Origin: an uncultured Acidobacteriota bacterium
Lineage (GTDB): Bacteria > Acidobacteriota > Terriglobia > Acidiferrales > UBA7541
Reading direction: 5' to 3'
NCBI GenBank assembly: GCA_963803675.1
Contig: CAWDNN010000002.1
Span: forward strand, 1,567-65,566
DNA: 64,000 nucleotides
The notes beneath the pieces are model-generated. The model was not told where the DNA came from. It ran no database searches and worked only from the letters and a program-made list of their open reading frames with translations. A program made the translations under genes and the position numbers. Positions 40,920-51,288 of this stretch are shown one piece after another (positions within the stretch are counted from its first letter, which is position 1; every line of letters begins with the position of its first letter).

Positions 40920-41484
40920 AATCGGATTCCAGCGTCACAAACGCCGGGGTCGCAACCGCCAGATCATTTCCGTGCGCGAGCCCGCGCGTCTTGCTTGTCG
41001 CGATCTTCATCGCCGGCTGCGGCTACCACGTCGCTGGGCGCGGCACCGCGCTGCCCTCCACGCTGCACACCATTGCGGTGCCCGCATTTGTCAATAAAAC
41101 CCATAGCTACCGTATCGAGCAACGCATGACGCAAGCCGTGATTCGCGAGTTCCTCTCGCGCACCTCGTACCACATCGTCTCCGAGCCGGGGTCGGCCGAT
41201 GCGGTGCTGCACGGCGAAATCACCGCCTGGATTCCAATGCGGTGATTTTTGATCCGGTGACGGGCCACGCGACGACCATGCTCGTGCAAATGCACGCGAG
41301 CGTGTGGTTGGAAGAACGCGAGTCAAAAAAAATCCTCTATCCGCAACGACAATTATCTTTTCGCCAGGAATATCAGATCACTAGCGACGTCCCCAGCTTC
41401 TTCGACGAGCAAGGACCCGCGCTCGACCGCATGGCGCACGATTTCGCGTCTACGCCTGGTCGCGGACATTCTGGAGAATTCTAA
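40916..41484 (+). pseudogene. lptE: LPS-assembly lipoprotein LptE-like (frameshifted)
   Basis: GTGA overlap with the upstream stop. Lipobox LVAIFIAGCGYHVAG; IAVPAFVNKTHSYRIEQRMTQAVIREF. Frame change near 41240 and an out-of-frame patch near 41450-41480. Sits immediately 5' of holA, as in the conserved lptE-holA pair. Confidence 0.5.
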
Positions 41485-42556
41485 TGCCCTCCGATGCGCA
41501 GGGAATGAGCGTCGAGCGGTTGATCGAGCGTCTCGCCAGCAAGAAACCGGTTCCGGGCGTGACCTTGCTCGGGACAGAGAGCTACTTGCGTGAAATGTGC
41601 CGCTCCCGGCTGATCGAAACCTACACGCAGGAGGGCACCCGCGATTGGTCGGTGACGAATTTCTCCGCCGAAGATGATTCCGCGGATCACGTCATCGGGC
41701 AGGCTCAGTCACTGCCGATGTTAGCGCCGCGGCAAGTAGTCCTATGGAAGGATGTCGAGGCGCTCGAACAATTGGGCGAGAAAGCGCGCGACGCCGCACT
41801 GGAAAGCCTGGAGAGCTACCTGGGCGATCCCGCGCCTTTCACGATTCTGGTTCTGGAGGCTGCGCAACTCGATCAGCGCATGCGGCTATTCAAATTGCTG
41901 AGCGAAAAGACGCTCGTGGTCGATTGTGGAGCTGAGCGGCGAGCCGGAGGAACGCGAGGATGTGGCGGCGCTGATGGCAGTGAAATGGCGAGCGGGAGTG
42001 GGATTAAATCGGACCGCGCTGCGGCACAATTGCTAAGCGAAAGCACCAACGCTGATCTCGCGCGGATGCGTACCGAGATCGACAAGCTGGCAAGCTACGC
42101 CGGCGAGCGCAAACAGATCACGCGCGCCGACGTTGCCGCGATGGTTGTCTCCGAGAAGCGCTATACCGTCTGGCAGCTCTCCGAGATGCTGGCGAATGGC
42201 GACCGCGCCAGCGCGCTCACGTTCCTGGAAAGCTTGCTTAATGAAGGCGAGCAGCCGGTGGCGATTGTGGGCGCCATGGCGTGGATGTATCGCAAATTGC
42301 TCGAAGCGCAAGAGCTGGGGCGCGGCGCGAATGGGTGGCAAGCGGCGCGCCAATTGGGCATGCGGCGCGGAACCGCCGAGATCGCAGTACGTGAGGCGCA
42401 AAGAATCCCGCGGGAGCAATTGGTATAGGGCTTGCGGCGCTGGCAGAAACGGACAACCGCCTCAAATCCGGTTCCACGGCTCCTAAGCAGTGATGGAATT
42501 CTTGGTCGCGCGGCTGACGGGAGACGTTCCCGCATCAGCCGCCAGCAAAAAAATAG
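41484..42556 (+). pseudogene. holA: DNA polymerase III delta subunit (several frame changes; stop masked by an A7 run)
   Basis: VTLLGTESYLREMCRSRLIE..., PMLAPRQVVLWKDVE, ADLARMRTEIDKLASYAG, VWQLSEMLANGD...AL.FLESLL.EGEQPVAIVGAMAWMYRKLL. Breaks near 41925/41985 (compensated), 42427 and 42488. With six instead of seven A at 42547-42553 the frame ends ...ASKK-TAG. Confidence 0.65.
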
Positions 42557-42585
42557 GGTCGCTGGATTGGGCTTGCGGCGAGAAG

Positions 42586-42890
42586 CTAGGCTTTCTTTGC
42601 GGCCTTCGAGCCGTTGAATGCGCGAGTCAGCCGGGACTTGTGTCGGTTTGCCGCGTTCCCTGTAGGATCCCTTTTCCACTGGCCCGATCGAGCGCCGCCA
42701 GGGTCGGGGCGAGTAGTTCGCCGGCCGCTTGGGCGTCGCCGGCGGCGAGCGCGGCGCGCATGCGCTTGATCATGGTTCTTACGCGGGTTCGTTTGCCTCG
42801 ATTATTCTCCGCGCGAACGAGCGACTGGCGCGCACGCTTAAGCACCGACTTCTTCTTTTTCTTGACCTTCGTGGATGTTCCTGCTGGCAT
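42586..42890 (-). pseudogene. rpsT: 30S ribosomal protein S20 (single 1-nt frameshift near 42650)
   Basis: MPAGTSTKVKKKKKSVLKRARQSLVRAENNRGKRTRVRTMIKRMRAAL...ALDRASGKGIL, then the frame changes and continues GNAANRHKSRLTRAFNGSKAAKKA-stop (TAG at 42586-42588). AGGAG SD upstream of ATG 42890. Confidence 0.8.
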
Positions 42891-42924
42891 TCATTGCTCC
42901 TGTCGGATGGACGGCGAAGCCGCT

Positions 42925-42953
42925 AAAGTAACTGAGCCAATTGGCTTTGTCAA
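42925..42953 (-). promoter_or_regulatory. Sigma-70-type promoter for rpsT
   Basis: On the minus strand: TTGACA - 17 nt - TACTTT, ~35 nt upstream of the rpsT ATG. Confidence 0.4.
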
Positions 42954-43041
42954 ACGCCGCAGCTTCATTTGCGGGTCGGACTCCGGTTCGCCGCTACCCT
43001 GCGAGGCGTAGCTTATTGATAATGTGTCATTTACAGGCAAC

Positions 43042-43071
43042 TTGAATCGAGCCGGTAGGGTGCGTTATAAT
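43042..43071 (+). promoter_or_regulatory. Sigma-70-type promoter for the phoH-ybeY-corC operon
   Basis: TTGAAT - 18 nt - TATAAT, ~45 nt upstream of the first candidate start of the PhoH-like gene. Confidence 0.35.
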
Positions 43072-43117
43072 CGTTGGCATAGAGTTGTCGGTTCCGCCGT
43101 AGGAGACGGCTAGAAGC

Positions 43118-44149
43118 TTGGCGCTGCGAACCCTCGCCAAGCTCACCCCGATGCGACGCACCTTGCAGGTAGCCGGCAGCGTAGAAGCGCTGTTTGGTAC
43201 TCTCGACGAAAACCTAAAATTTCTAGAGTCGGCCTTGCACGTCACTATCGATCTGCAAAGCGAGCACTTGGTGGTCAAAGGGCAGCGTGACAATGTGGAG
43301 CGCGCCTGCCGCATCATCGAAGAATATAACCAGCTCGTGCGCGAAGGCCGGCGTTTCCCCAATGGCGAAGTGAAGTCGCTTCTGCGTCTGGCGGTGGAAG
43401 AACCGAACGTGCCGCTCCGTGAGCTGCTGGAAACTAAGGCCGGCGCGCCCCGCAGCGCGACCACCAAGAAGAGCGTCGCCCCGCGCAGCGCCAATCAGCG
43501 CCGCTACGTGGAATTGATCGAACGGCACGACATGGTTTTCGCCGTCGGTCCCGGCGGCACCGGAAAGACGTACTTGGCCGTGGCCATGGCCGTGTCAGCC
43601 CTGCTGACCAAGCGCGTCAACCGGATCATTTTGGCGAGGCCCGCGGTGGAAGCTGGCGAACGCCTGGGTTATCTGCCGGGCACGCTGCAGGAGAAGGTGG
43701 ACCCGTACATGCGTCCTCTGTACGACGCGCTCTATGACATGCTCGACGCGGACAAGCTCGAGCGCTTCCTGGAGAAGGGGATCATCGAAGTCGCGCCACT
43801 GGCCTTCATGCGCGGCCGCACGCTCAACGATTCGTTCGTAATTCTCGACGAGGCGCAAAACACCACCTCGGAACAAATGAAAATGTTTCTGACGAGACTT
43901 GGCTTCAACTCGAAAGCCGTAATCACCGGCGACGTCACGCAGATTGACCTGCCGTCAAGCCGCCGCTCCGGGTTAATCGAAGCGCTCGAGATCGTTGCCA
44001 GGATTGAAGATATCGGCACCGTGGCCTTCACCGAGCGCGACGTCGTGCGCCACAACCTCGTGCAACAGATCATTCGCGCCTACGAAGAGCACGACGCGGC
44101 GCAGCCGAAGCTGGCTCTCCAAAACGCCAAAGTAGACGCAGCGCGCTAG
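43118..44149 (+). CDS. phoH: PhoH-family ATPase (YbeZ-like)
   Basis: Walker [20 protein letters not shown]; [19 protein letters not shown]; [23 protein letters not shown] 43118 has AGGAGA 11 nt upstream; alternative ATG at 43151. Confidence 0.85.
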   Translation: MALRTLAKLTPMRRTLQVAGSVEALFGTLDENLKFLESALHVTIDLQSEHLVVKGQRDNVERACRIIEEYNQLVREGRRFPNGEVKSLLRLAVEEPNVPLRELLETKAGAPRSATTKKSVAPRSANQRRYVELIERHDMVFAVGPGGTGKTYLAVAMAVSALLTKRVNRIILARPAVEAGERLGYLPGTLQEKVDPYMRPLYDALYDMLDADKLERFLEKGIIEVAPLAFMRGRTLNDSFVILDEAQNTTSEQMKMFLTRLGFNSKAVITGDVTQIDLPSSRRSGLIEALEIVARIEDIGTVAFTERDVVRHNLVQQIIRAYEEHDAAQPKLALQNAKVDAAR

Positions 44150-44166
44150 CCAGCACTCATTCTTCC

Positions 44167-44619
44167 ATGATTCTCAACCGTCAGCGCCGTGTACCCATTC
44201 AGCCCACCGGGCTTTCGCGGTTCCTCGCGCGCGTCCGGCGCGAGTTGAAGCTCGGGCGCCGCAAGGTGACGATCTGCCTTATGAACGACGCGGAAATTGC
44301 GGGGTTGAACAGCCGCTTCCGCGGAAAACGCAAGCCCACTGACGTGCTCTCGTTTCCGGCGGAAGCGCTGAATAGCAATGGCAGGAAAGGCCGCCATCGG
44401 CCCGCCAAACGCGCTTCGGGCAATTATCTAGGCGACATCGCAATATCGCCGGCGGCGGCGCGCCGCAACGCGAGGCGCTACGGCCGTACACTCGACGAAG
44501 AGCTGCGCGTGCTCATGCTTCACGGCGTGCTTCATCTTCTGGGCTACGATCACGAAGCCGACAACGGCCAAATGGACCGCGCGGAAACGCGACTGCGACG
44601 CCGCCTGGGACTGGCCTAG
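44167..44619 (+). CDS. ybeY: rRNA maturation endoribonuclease YbeY
   Basis: TDVLSFP...GDIAIS...RVLMLHGVLHLLGYDHE (zinc-binding HxxxH..H motif). Confidence 0.9.
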   Translation: MILNRQRRVPIQPTGLSRFLARVRRELKLGRRKVTICLMNDAEIAGLNSRFRGKRKPTDVLSFPAEALNSNGRKGRHRPAKRASGNYLGDIAISPAAARRNARRYGRTLDEELRVLMLHGVLHLLGYDHEADNGQMDRAETRLRRRLGLA

Positions 44620-44622
44620 CAG

Positions 44623-45999
44623 ATGATCCAGATCGCATTGCACACCTTCGGAGTCCTGCTGATTGCCGCGTGTTTGACGGTCTTCTCGTACCTCGACCGC
44701 ATCTACCGCGAGCTGGCGCGAGTCACGACCGGCCGCATCCACGCTCACCTGGATGTATTTGAGGCCGAGGTCGAGCCGCGCATTCACCTGCCGCGACGGC
44801 GCGCCGCGCTTGGATTTTCTCTTCTGACCAGGCTGTGGCTTGCGCTGATTGCGGTTGAGACAGCGCGCGGCGTCGTCTACTTTGTTCCCGAGCGCGTGAA
44901 CGCCTTCGCCGAGATGGTGCTCTTTCTGGTGGCGGAAATCTTGCTGGCGATGCATTTCCTGCCGGACTTGCTTCTCGCGCGAACCACGGGACGCTGGCTG
45001 CGGCCGCTCGCGCCGGTCCTGCGCGGCCTGCTCTGGTTTATTTGGCCTCTGCGCGCGGCGGTCGAGCTGGCCAGTTCGCTTACGCGGATCTCCGATGAAG
45101 ATGAAACCGTGGAGCAGGCCGAGCGCCGCAGCGATCAGGAAGGCATTGAGGCACTGGTCGAGGCCGCGCAGGAAGAGGGCATCCTCGAGGACGATGAGGC
45201 CGAGTTGATCGAGCAGCTCGTCGAATTCGGCGACAAGCGCGTTAGCGAGGTGATGACGCCGCGTCCAGATATGGTCGCAATCTCGGGGGACGCTTCGCTT
45301 GAGGATTTGCGTCTCCTGGTGGTCGAGAAGAAATTCTCACGCATACCGGTTTTTGGCGAATCGCTGGACGACATTCTCGGCATCGCCTATGCACGCGATT
45401 TGCTCGAGATTCCGGACAACGAGGCGCGCCAGCGCAAAGTTGCTGAACTGATTCGCCCAGCCGTCTTCGTGCCCGAATCCAAGCACGGTTCAGAGCTACT
45501 GAAGGAAATGCAGCGCCGCAACCAGCAAATGGCGATTGCCGTGGATGAGCACGGCTTGGTCGCGGGCGTGGTGACGGCGGAAGATCTTGTCGAGGAGATC
45601 GTCGGCGAAATCGGCGAAGAAGATCGTCCGCTCGCGCCGGATGTCGTCCGCGAAAGCGATGGCAGCCTGATCCTGCGCGGCAGCCTCTCTGTGGAAAAGC
45701 TGCAGGAGTTGTTTGGCCTGGAGCTCGATTCCGAAGGCTCCGAATCCGCCACAACGGTCGCTGGGCTGCTCAATCAAATTGCAGGCCACGTGCCGAAGGC
45801 CGGCGAGAAGATCGACTTCAACGGCTTGAGCTTTTCGGTTCTCGAGGCAAACCAGCGCAAGGTTCTTCGCCTCCGCGCGCAACGCCACGCTGCCGCGATT
45901 TCGCGCCCCGCAAGCTTCCTGAGTTACGCCGCAAAGCTTCTTGCTGGGGGCCCGGTGTCTCCAATCCACTTTGGAAAGGCAAATCACGTGCTCGTGTGA
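44623..45999 (+). CDS. Hemolysin-family/CorC-type protein (CNNM membrane domain + CBS pair + CorC_HlyC)
   Basis: N-terminal TM helices; VSEVMTPRPDMVAI, SRIPVF, MAIAVDEHGLVAGVVTAEDLVEEIVGEI; C-terminal transporter-associated domain (SLSVEKLQELFGL...FSVLEANQRKV). Confidence 0.8.
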   Translation: MIQIALHTFGVLLIAACLTVFSYLDRIYRELARVTTGRIHAHLDVFEAEVEPRIHLPRRRAALGFSLLTRLWLALIAVETARGVVYFVPERVNAFAEMVLFLVAEILLAMHFLPDLLLARTTGRWLRPLAPVLRGLLWFIWPLRAAVELASSLTRISDEDETVEQAERRSDQEGIEALVEAAQEEGILEDDEAELIEQLVEFGDKRVSEVMTPRPDMVAISGDASLEDLRLLVVEKKFSRIPVFGESLDDILGIAYARDLLEIPDNEARQRKVAELIRPAVFVPESKHGSELLKEMQRRNQQMAIAVDEHGLVAGVVTAEDLVEEIVGEIGEEDRPLAPDVVRESDGSLILRGSLSVEKLQELFGLELDSEGSESATTVAGLLNQIAGHVPKAGEKIDFNGLSFSVLEANQRKVLRLRAQRHAAAISRPASFLSYAAKLLAGGPVSPIHFGKANHVLV

Positions 46000-46081
46000 T
46001 ACAAGAGCGACGCTGTCCTCATACATTTCAAGGCGCGCGCGGAGGCAAAGATGCGGCTATGGCGGCTTGCTGGCTCGGTGG

Positions 46082-47831
46082 ATGTTCCTTGTGGGACTGG
46101 TGGTGCTTGCGGCGACTTCCGCGCCCGCGCAGACGCCGGATCAAAATGCCGTCAAGCAGGAGGTAGACCTCACCTGGGCGGTAAAGATTCCCCTACGTGA
46201 CGGCGTCAAACTCAATGCCACGCTCTATCGCCCGCATGCAGCCGGTCCGGTGCCCGCGATCTTTACGCTGACGCCTTATATCGGTGACACCTACCATCCG
46301 CGCGCGATGTATTTCGCCCAGCATGGCTACGTTTATTTGCTGGTGGATGTCCGCGGGCGCGGAAATTCGGGCGGCGAATTCGAGCCGTTCGCAAACGAGG
46401 GACGCGATGGCTACGAAGTGGTCGAGTGGATTGCCAAGCAGCCCTGGTGCAATGGCAAGGTCACGATGTGGGGCGGTTCGTATGCGGGATTCGACCAGTG
46501 GTCTACTCTGAAGGAATTTCCGCCGCACCTGGCGACCATCGTCCCGGCAGCCGCAGCGCATCCCGGCGTAGATTTCCCGGCGTTTGAGAATATCCCTACG
46601 CTCTACCTGATGCAGTGGCTTACTTTCACAAGCGGGGTCACCGGCAACGATCACCTTTTCGGCGAGGGCGAGTTCTGGCACTCAAAAGATATGGACATCT
46701 ACCGCGACCATCTCGCCTTCAGCGGGCTTGATCGCATCGTCGGCAACCCCTCGCCGATCTTTCAGAAGTGGCTTGCGCATCCCACGCCCGACGCCTATTT
46801 CAACGCCATGGTGCCGAAGCCCGAGGACTATCGCCGCATCAGCATCCCGATCCTGACAATCACAGGCGATTACGACGGTGATCAGGCCGGCGCGATGACG
46901 TATTACCGGCGGCACATGAAGGACGGTTCGCCTGACGCCATCGCCAAGCACTATCTGATCATCGGTCCCTGGGATCATGCCGGTACGCGCACGCCGAACC
47001 CCGACGTGGGCGGCCTGCACTTCGGCCCCGCGAGCATGCTGGATCTGAACAAGCTGCACACCGATTGGTACGGCTGGACCATGAAGGACGGCCCGAAACC
47101 GGAGTTCCTGAAAAAGCGCGTCGCTTATTACGTTACTGGCGCAGACGAATGGAAGTACGCCGATACCCTTGAGAGCATCGCGAACGGCAAACGCACGCTC
47201 TATCTTTCGTCCAATGGTTTCGCGGGCGATGTTTTTCATTCGGGATCGCTGTTCGATGCGGCCCCGCAGTCCTCGCAGCCCGATCACTTTACCTACGATC
47301 CCCTCGATACACGCCCTGGTGAGGTCGCATCGGAAGTGGGTGGACTGGTCAGCCAATCCGATGCATTGAATTTGTTCGGCGCAGGAGTGGTTTACCACAG
47401 CGATCCCTTAGCGAGGCAACTGAAGTCTCCGGCTATCGTGAAACTCAGCGTCTGGCTCTCAATGGACGTGCCGGATACCGACCTGGGCGTCGGCCTCTAT
47501 GAGATCTTGCCGGATGGGCGCAGCGTGGCGCTCACCAGCGACCTGAAGCGAGCGCGCTACCGGGAATCGCTTACGGAGGCGAAGCTGGTGACGCCCGGCA
47601 AAATCGAGCGATATGACTTCACCGGCTTCACATGGTTTTCACGCCGCATCGCCAAAGGCAGCCGATTGCGAATCGTGTTCTCTGCGGTGAATTCGCCCGA
47701 CGTTGAAAAGAATTACAACAGCGGCGGCGCCGTAGAAAACGAGACTGCGCGCGATGCGCATACCGCGCACATCACGCATCTATCATGACGCGGAGCACCC
47801 AAGCTCGCTCGAAATTCCGATTGTGAGGTGA
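46082..47831 (+). pseudogene. CocE/NonD-family hydrolase (X-Pro dipeptidyl-peptidase S15), one frameshift near 47765
   Basis: Signal MFLVGLVVLAATSAPAQ; IPLRDGVKLNATLYRP...VDVRGRGNSGGEF...DGYEVVEWIAKQPWCNGKVTMWGGSYAG. The ORF ends ...AHITHLS, but the next frame continues IYHDAEHPSSLEIPIVR-stop at 47829-47831, a typical family C-terminus. Confidence 0.7.
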
Positions 47832-47901
47832 AGTCGCCGGCGATATGCCACAGAACGCGCTTGCGTTGACCTGAGGATCGCAAGCGCAGGGCGCAGAGGT
47901 G

Positions 47902-48610
47902 CTAGCTGATGAGCCGCGCGATAAAAAATGCGGCGGCCGCGGCGAGCCCGCCGGTGACAATGGTCTGCAATGCGCCGCGCAGCGGCGGGATCCCCAGGAA
48001 GCGGCCTTTAATTGCGCCAAACGCCGCCAGGGCCACCAGGGTGATCGCCACCGAATACCACAGAGCTTGCAACACGTTATGCTGAACAAGGTAAGGCGAT
48101 AGCGGGATCAGTCCCGCCGACAATGTAGGAGATCGCGATCGTCAGCGCGCTCTGCCTCGCGCGATTGCGATCCGGCTCCTCCAGGCCAAGCTCGAAGCGC
48201 ATCATAAAATCCACCCAGCGCCTCTGGTCGGAAACGATGGCTTGCACCACCGGCTGCATCTGCTCCGGGGTGAGCCCGTATTCGCGGAAAACCTCCTCGA
48301 CCTCTTCGGTCTCGTGTTCGGGCAGCTCGACGGTCTCCCGGATCTCGCGTTGGAGTTCAGACTCGTAGTGCTCGATGTCCGTTCGCGCGGCGAGATAGCC
48401 GCCTAAACCCATGGCGATAGACCCCGCGGCAATTTCCGCGAAGCCGGCCGTGACGACCACGCGCGTGGCGCTCACGCTTGAAGACATCGCCGCCGAAAGG
48501 CCGGCAGCCAACGCGAACGGCACCGTTAGCCCGTCCGCCATACCGATCACGACGTCACGCACGGTTTCGGATGCGCGAAAATGCTTTTCAATATGTGGGG
48601 CATGAGCCAT
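47902..48610 (-). pseudogene. VIT1/CCC1-family iron/manganese transporter (one frameshift near 48100)
   Basis: RDVVIGMADGLTVPFALAAGLSAA...AGSIAMGLGGYLAA...EL.REI.E (ORF 48077..48751; true ATG 48610), continued by IPLSPYLV...AAFGAIKGRF......ALQTIVTGGLAAAAAFFIARLI (ORF 47902..48123). Confidence 0.7.
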
Positions 48611-48804
48611 CGCGTTCTCCCTGTGAGGCTTACACGAAATGCTTCTAGCAGAAACGGCTTGACCTACGGCCCGACAGTCTAGCATGGGAGCGCGCGGTCC
48701 CGCGGAAGGTGGCGCGAGCATTCGATGCTGCATCGGGTCGAGCGTGCACAACGCGTGTGGAAGGGCTAAGATATCGAGCGTTCAGAGAACGAAGCGCCTC
48801 AACA

Positions 48805-49845
48805 ATGCCCAAGAAAAGCCCAACAGCATTCGCAAAATCGAACAAAGGAGCGCCTGCCCCGAAGCCCAGGAAATTTCGCTGCGGCTTTGCCGCGATCATA
48901 GGACGGCCCAACGTGGGGAAATCCACGCTGGTTAATCGTCTTGTGGGGCAGAAAGTCTCGATCGTCACCTCAAAACCGCAGACCACACGCAATCGTATTC
49001 AAGGCATTGTGAACCGTCCGGACGCGCAAATCGTGCTCATTGACACCCCGGGCCTTCACCAAGCGCGCACAATGCTCGGCCGTCAAATGCTCGGCGAGAT
49101 CGCGCAAGCCGTCGAAGGAGTGGACGTGCTCGTGCCCATGCTGGACGCCAGCGCGCCGATCGGCGACGGCGACCGCGCTGTGTTCGACCGCGCTGCGAAA
49201 TTCGCAGGCCCTGCAATTCTGCTGCTCAACAAAGTGGATCGCATGCCAAAGGAAAAGCTCTTGCCGCTGATCGAGAGCTGCATGGGCGTCCGCGATTTTA
49301 CCGCCATCATCCCGGTTTCGGCGCTGACCGGTGACGGCGCCGAACTCGTGCTGACGAAGATCATCGAGCAGCTTCCCGAAGGCGCAGCTCTCTTTCCGGC
49401 GGACCAGTTCACCGATCAGCCGGAGCGCTTTCTCGTCGCCGAGATCGTGCGTGAAAAGGCCATGGCTGCTACCCAAAAAGAAGTGCCGCACGCCGTCGCC
49501 GTGCTGGTGGACAACTTCGAGGAGCAGCCCAGGCTGCTGCGCATTCGCGCCACGATCTACGCCGAGCGGGAAGGGCAGAAGGGCATCCTGATCGGCCGGG
49601 GCGGCTCCATGCTCAAACACGTGGGCACGGCTGCACGCCTCGAACTGGAAAAATTGCTGGGCATCAAGGTTTTCCTCGAGCTGTATGTGAAGGTGCAGCC
49701 GGACTGGCGCGACAATCTCGCCATGGTTCAGCAACTAGATTGGCGCACGCAGCTCGACCAATTGTCTGAAGCGCAGAGCGGCCCGGAGCAATTCACGGGA
49801 GAGGAAGAAGAGGACGCCGAGGACGACATCGGCGGCGAAAGCTAG
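48805..49845 (+). CDS. era: GTPase Era
   Basis: FAAIIGRPNVGKSTLVNRLVG (G1), DTPG (G3), NKVD (G4), and a KH domain (PHAVAV...I.A.IY.EREGQKGILIGRGGSMLK). Acidic C-terminal extension. ATG 48805. Confidence 0.9.
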   Translation: MPKKSPTAFAKSNKGAPAPKPRKFRCGFAAIIGRPNVGKSTLVNRLVGQKVSIVTSKPQTTRNRIQGIVNRPDAQIVLIDTPGLHQARTMLGRQMLGEIAQAVEGVDVLVPMLDASAPIGDGDRAVFDRAAKFAGPAILLLNKVDRMPKEKLLPLIESCMGVRDFTAIIPVSALTGDGAELVLTKIIEQLPEGAALFPADQFTDQPERFLVAEIVREKAMAATQKEVPHAVAVLVDNFEEQPRLLRIRATIYAEREGQKGILIGRGGSMLKHVGTAARLELEKLLGIKVFLELYVKVQPDWRDNLAMVQQLDWRTQLDQLSEAQSGPEQFTGEEEEDAEDDIGGES

Positions 49846-49914
49846 AAATCATTTGGGTCCGTCAACGTCCGCGACGGAAGGGAACTCCGGGCTAGAAAAG
49901 CGATCTGCTGGTTG

Positions 49915-51268
49915 CTACGGTTCGGCGGGCGAGATTCCAAGCGTCTTCATCTTGCGGTAAAGGTGGCTTCGTTCGAGTCCCAGCGCGGTTGCCGTGTGCG
50001 TCATATTCCATTGATTTTCTTCAAGCTTGCGCAAAATAAAATCCCTCTCATATGCCGTTCGCGCCTCGTGCAGCGTGGAATAAGGCTGCGAAGCGCTGCG
50101 CGCGCCGCGGAAGTACTCGGGCGGCAAGTGGTGCGGCTCAATGCGCTGCTGTGGGCAGACAATTACCAGGCGTTCAATCAGGTTGCGCAGTTCGCGGACG
50201 TTCCCCGGCCAGGAATAGCGCTGCAACACTTCAAGGGCGGCCGGAGAAAGCTCGCGCGCGCGTTTCCCATACTCGGCGCTGAATTCGGAGAGGAAGTAGC
50301 GTGCGAGTAGGGGAACGTCTTCCGCATGCTCCCGCAGGGCGGGCACGTAGAAAGGGATCACGTTGAGCCGATAAAAAAGGTCTTCGCGGAAAGCTCCGCG
50401 GATAATCTCGTCGTCGAGCTTCTTGTTGGTCGCCGCGATCACGCGCACATCCACAGTGATCGCGGAATTCGATCCCACCGGCTCAAAGCGCTGCTGCTCA
50501 AGCACGCGCAGCACTTTTGCCTGCGTTTTCATGCTCATGTCGCCGACTTCGTCCAGGAATAGCGTGCCGCCGTCGGCCTTTTGGAATTTGCCGATCTTGT
50601 CCTCTGTGGCGCCCGTGAAGCTGCCTTTGATGTGGCCGAATAGCTCGGATTCGATCAGCTCATCCGGGATCGCGGCGCAATTCACTTCAACGAATGGCCG
50701 TTCGCGCCGCAAACTATTGACGTGAAGCGATCGAGCGACGAGTTCCTTGCCGGTGCCGCTCTCACCATAGATCAGAACACGGCCACTCGTCGGGGCCGTC
50801 AGCGCGATCTGTTGCCGCACCGCCTTCATCGGCACGCTCGTGCCAATCACTTGGTAACGCTGGTCGAGTTCGGCGCGCAGCCGCCGGTTTTCCTGCTCGA
50901 GCCGCAAGTGCTCGATGGCGTTCTTCACCACCAAGCTGACTTTTTCGAGAGAAAGCGGCTTCTCGAGAAACTCAAACGCGCCAAGCTTGGTCGCGCGCAC
51001 CGCCGTTTCAATGTTGCCGTGGCCCGGAAATCATCACGACCATCGGCCCGGGATCGGTCTCCTGGATGCGCCGCAGAACTTCAAGCCCATCCATGCCCTC
51101 GAGCCAGATGTCGAGGAGCACTAGATCCACGGGCTGGCGCGCGATGAATTCGAGGCACTCTTCCCCGGAGTGAACCGCTTCCACTTGGTAGCCGTCTTCG
51201 CGAAGGGCGCCCGAAAGCGCTTCGCGGATTCCGTCTTCGTCATCAACAATCAGGATGGCTGGTGCCAT
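49915..51268 (-). pseudogene. Sigma-54-dependent response regulator, NtrX/NtrC-like (one frameshift near 51005)
   Basis: Receiver MAPAILIVDDEDGIREAL...DLVLLDIWLEGMDGLEVL...VVMISG (ORF 51008..51340), then ...ATKLGAFEFLEKP; AAA+ [25 protein letters not shown]-type loop KGSFTGA, LFLDEVGDM; C-terminal HTH NMTHTATALGLERSHLYRKMK. Confidence 0.8.
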
Positions 51269-51288
51269 GAAAGGAGTAGGCCGCGTGC

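Noticed and set aside
47857-47887. 9-bp stem (GCGCTTGCG...CGCAAGCGC) between the convergent CocE-like and VIT genes as a terminator
   Set aside because: It has a 13-nt loop and no flanking U-tract on either strand. It may still act as a terminator, but I cannot support the call from sequence alone.
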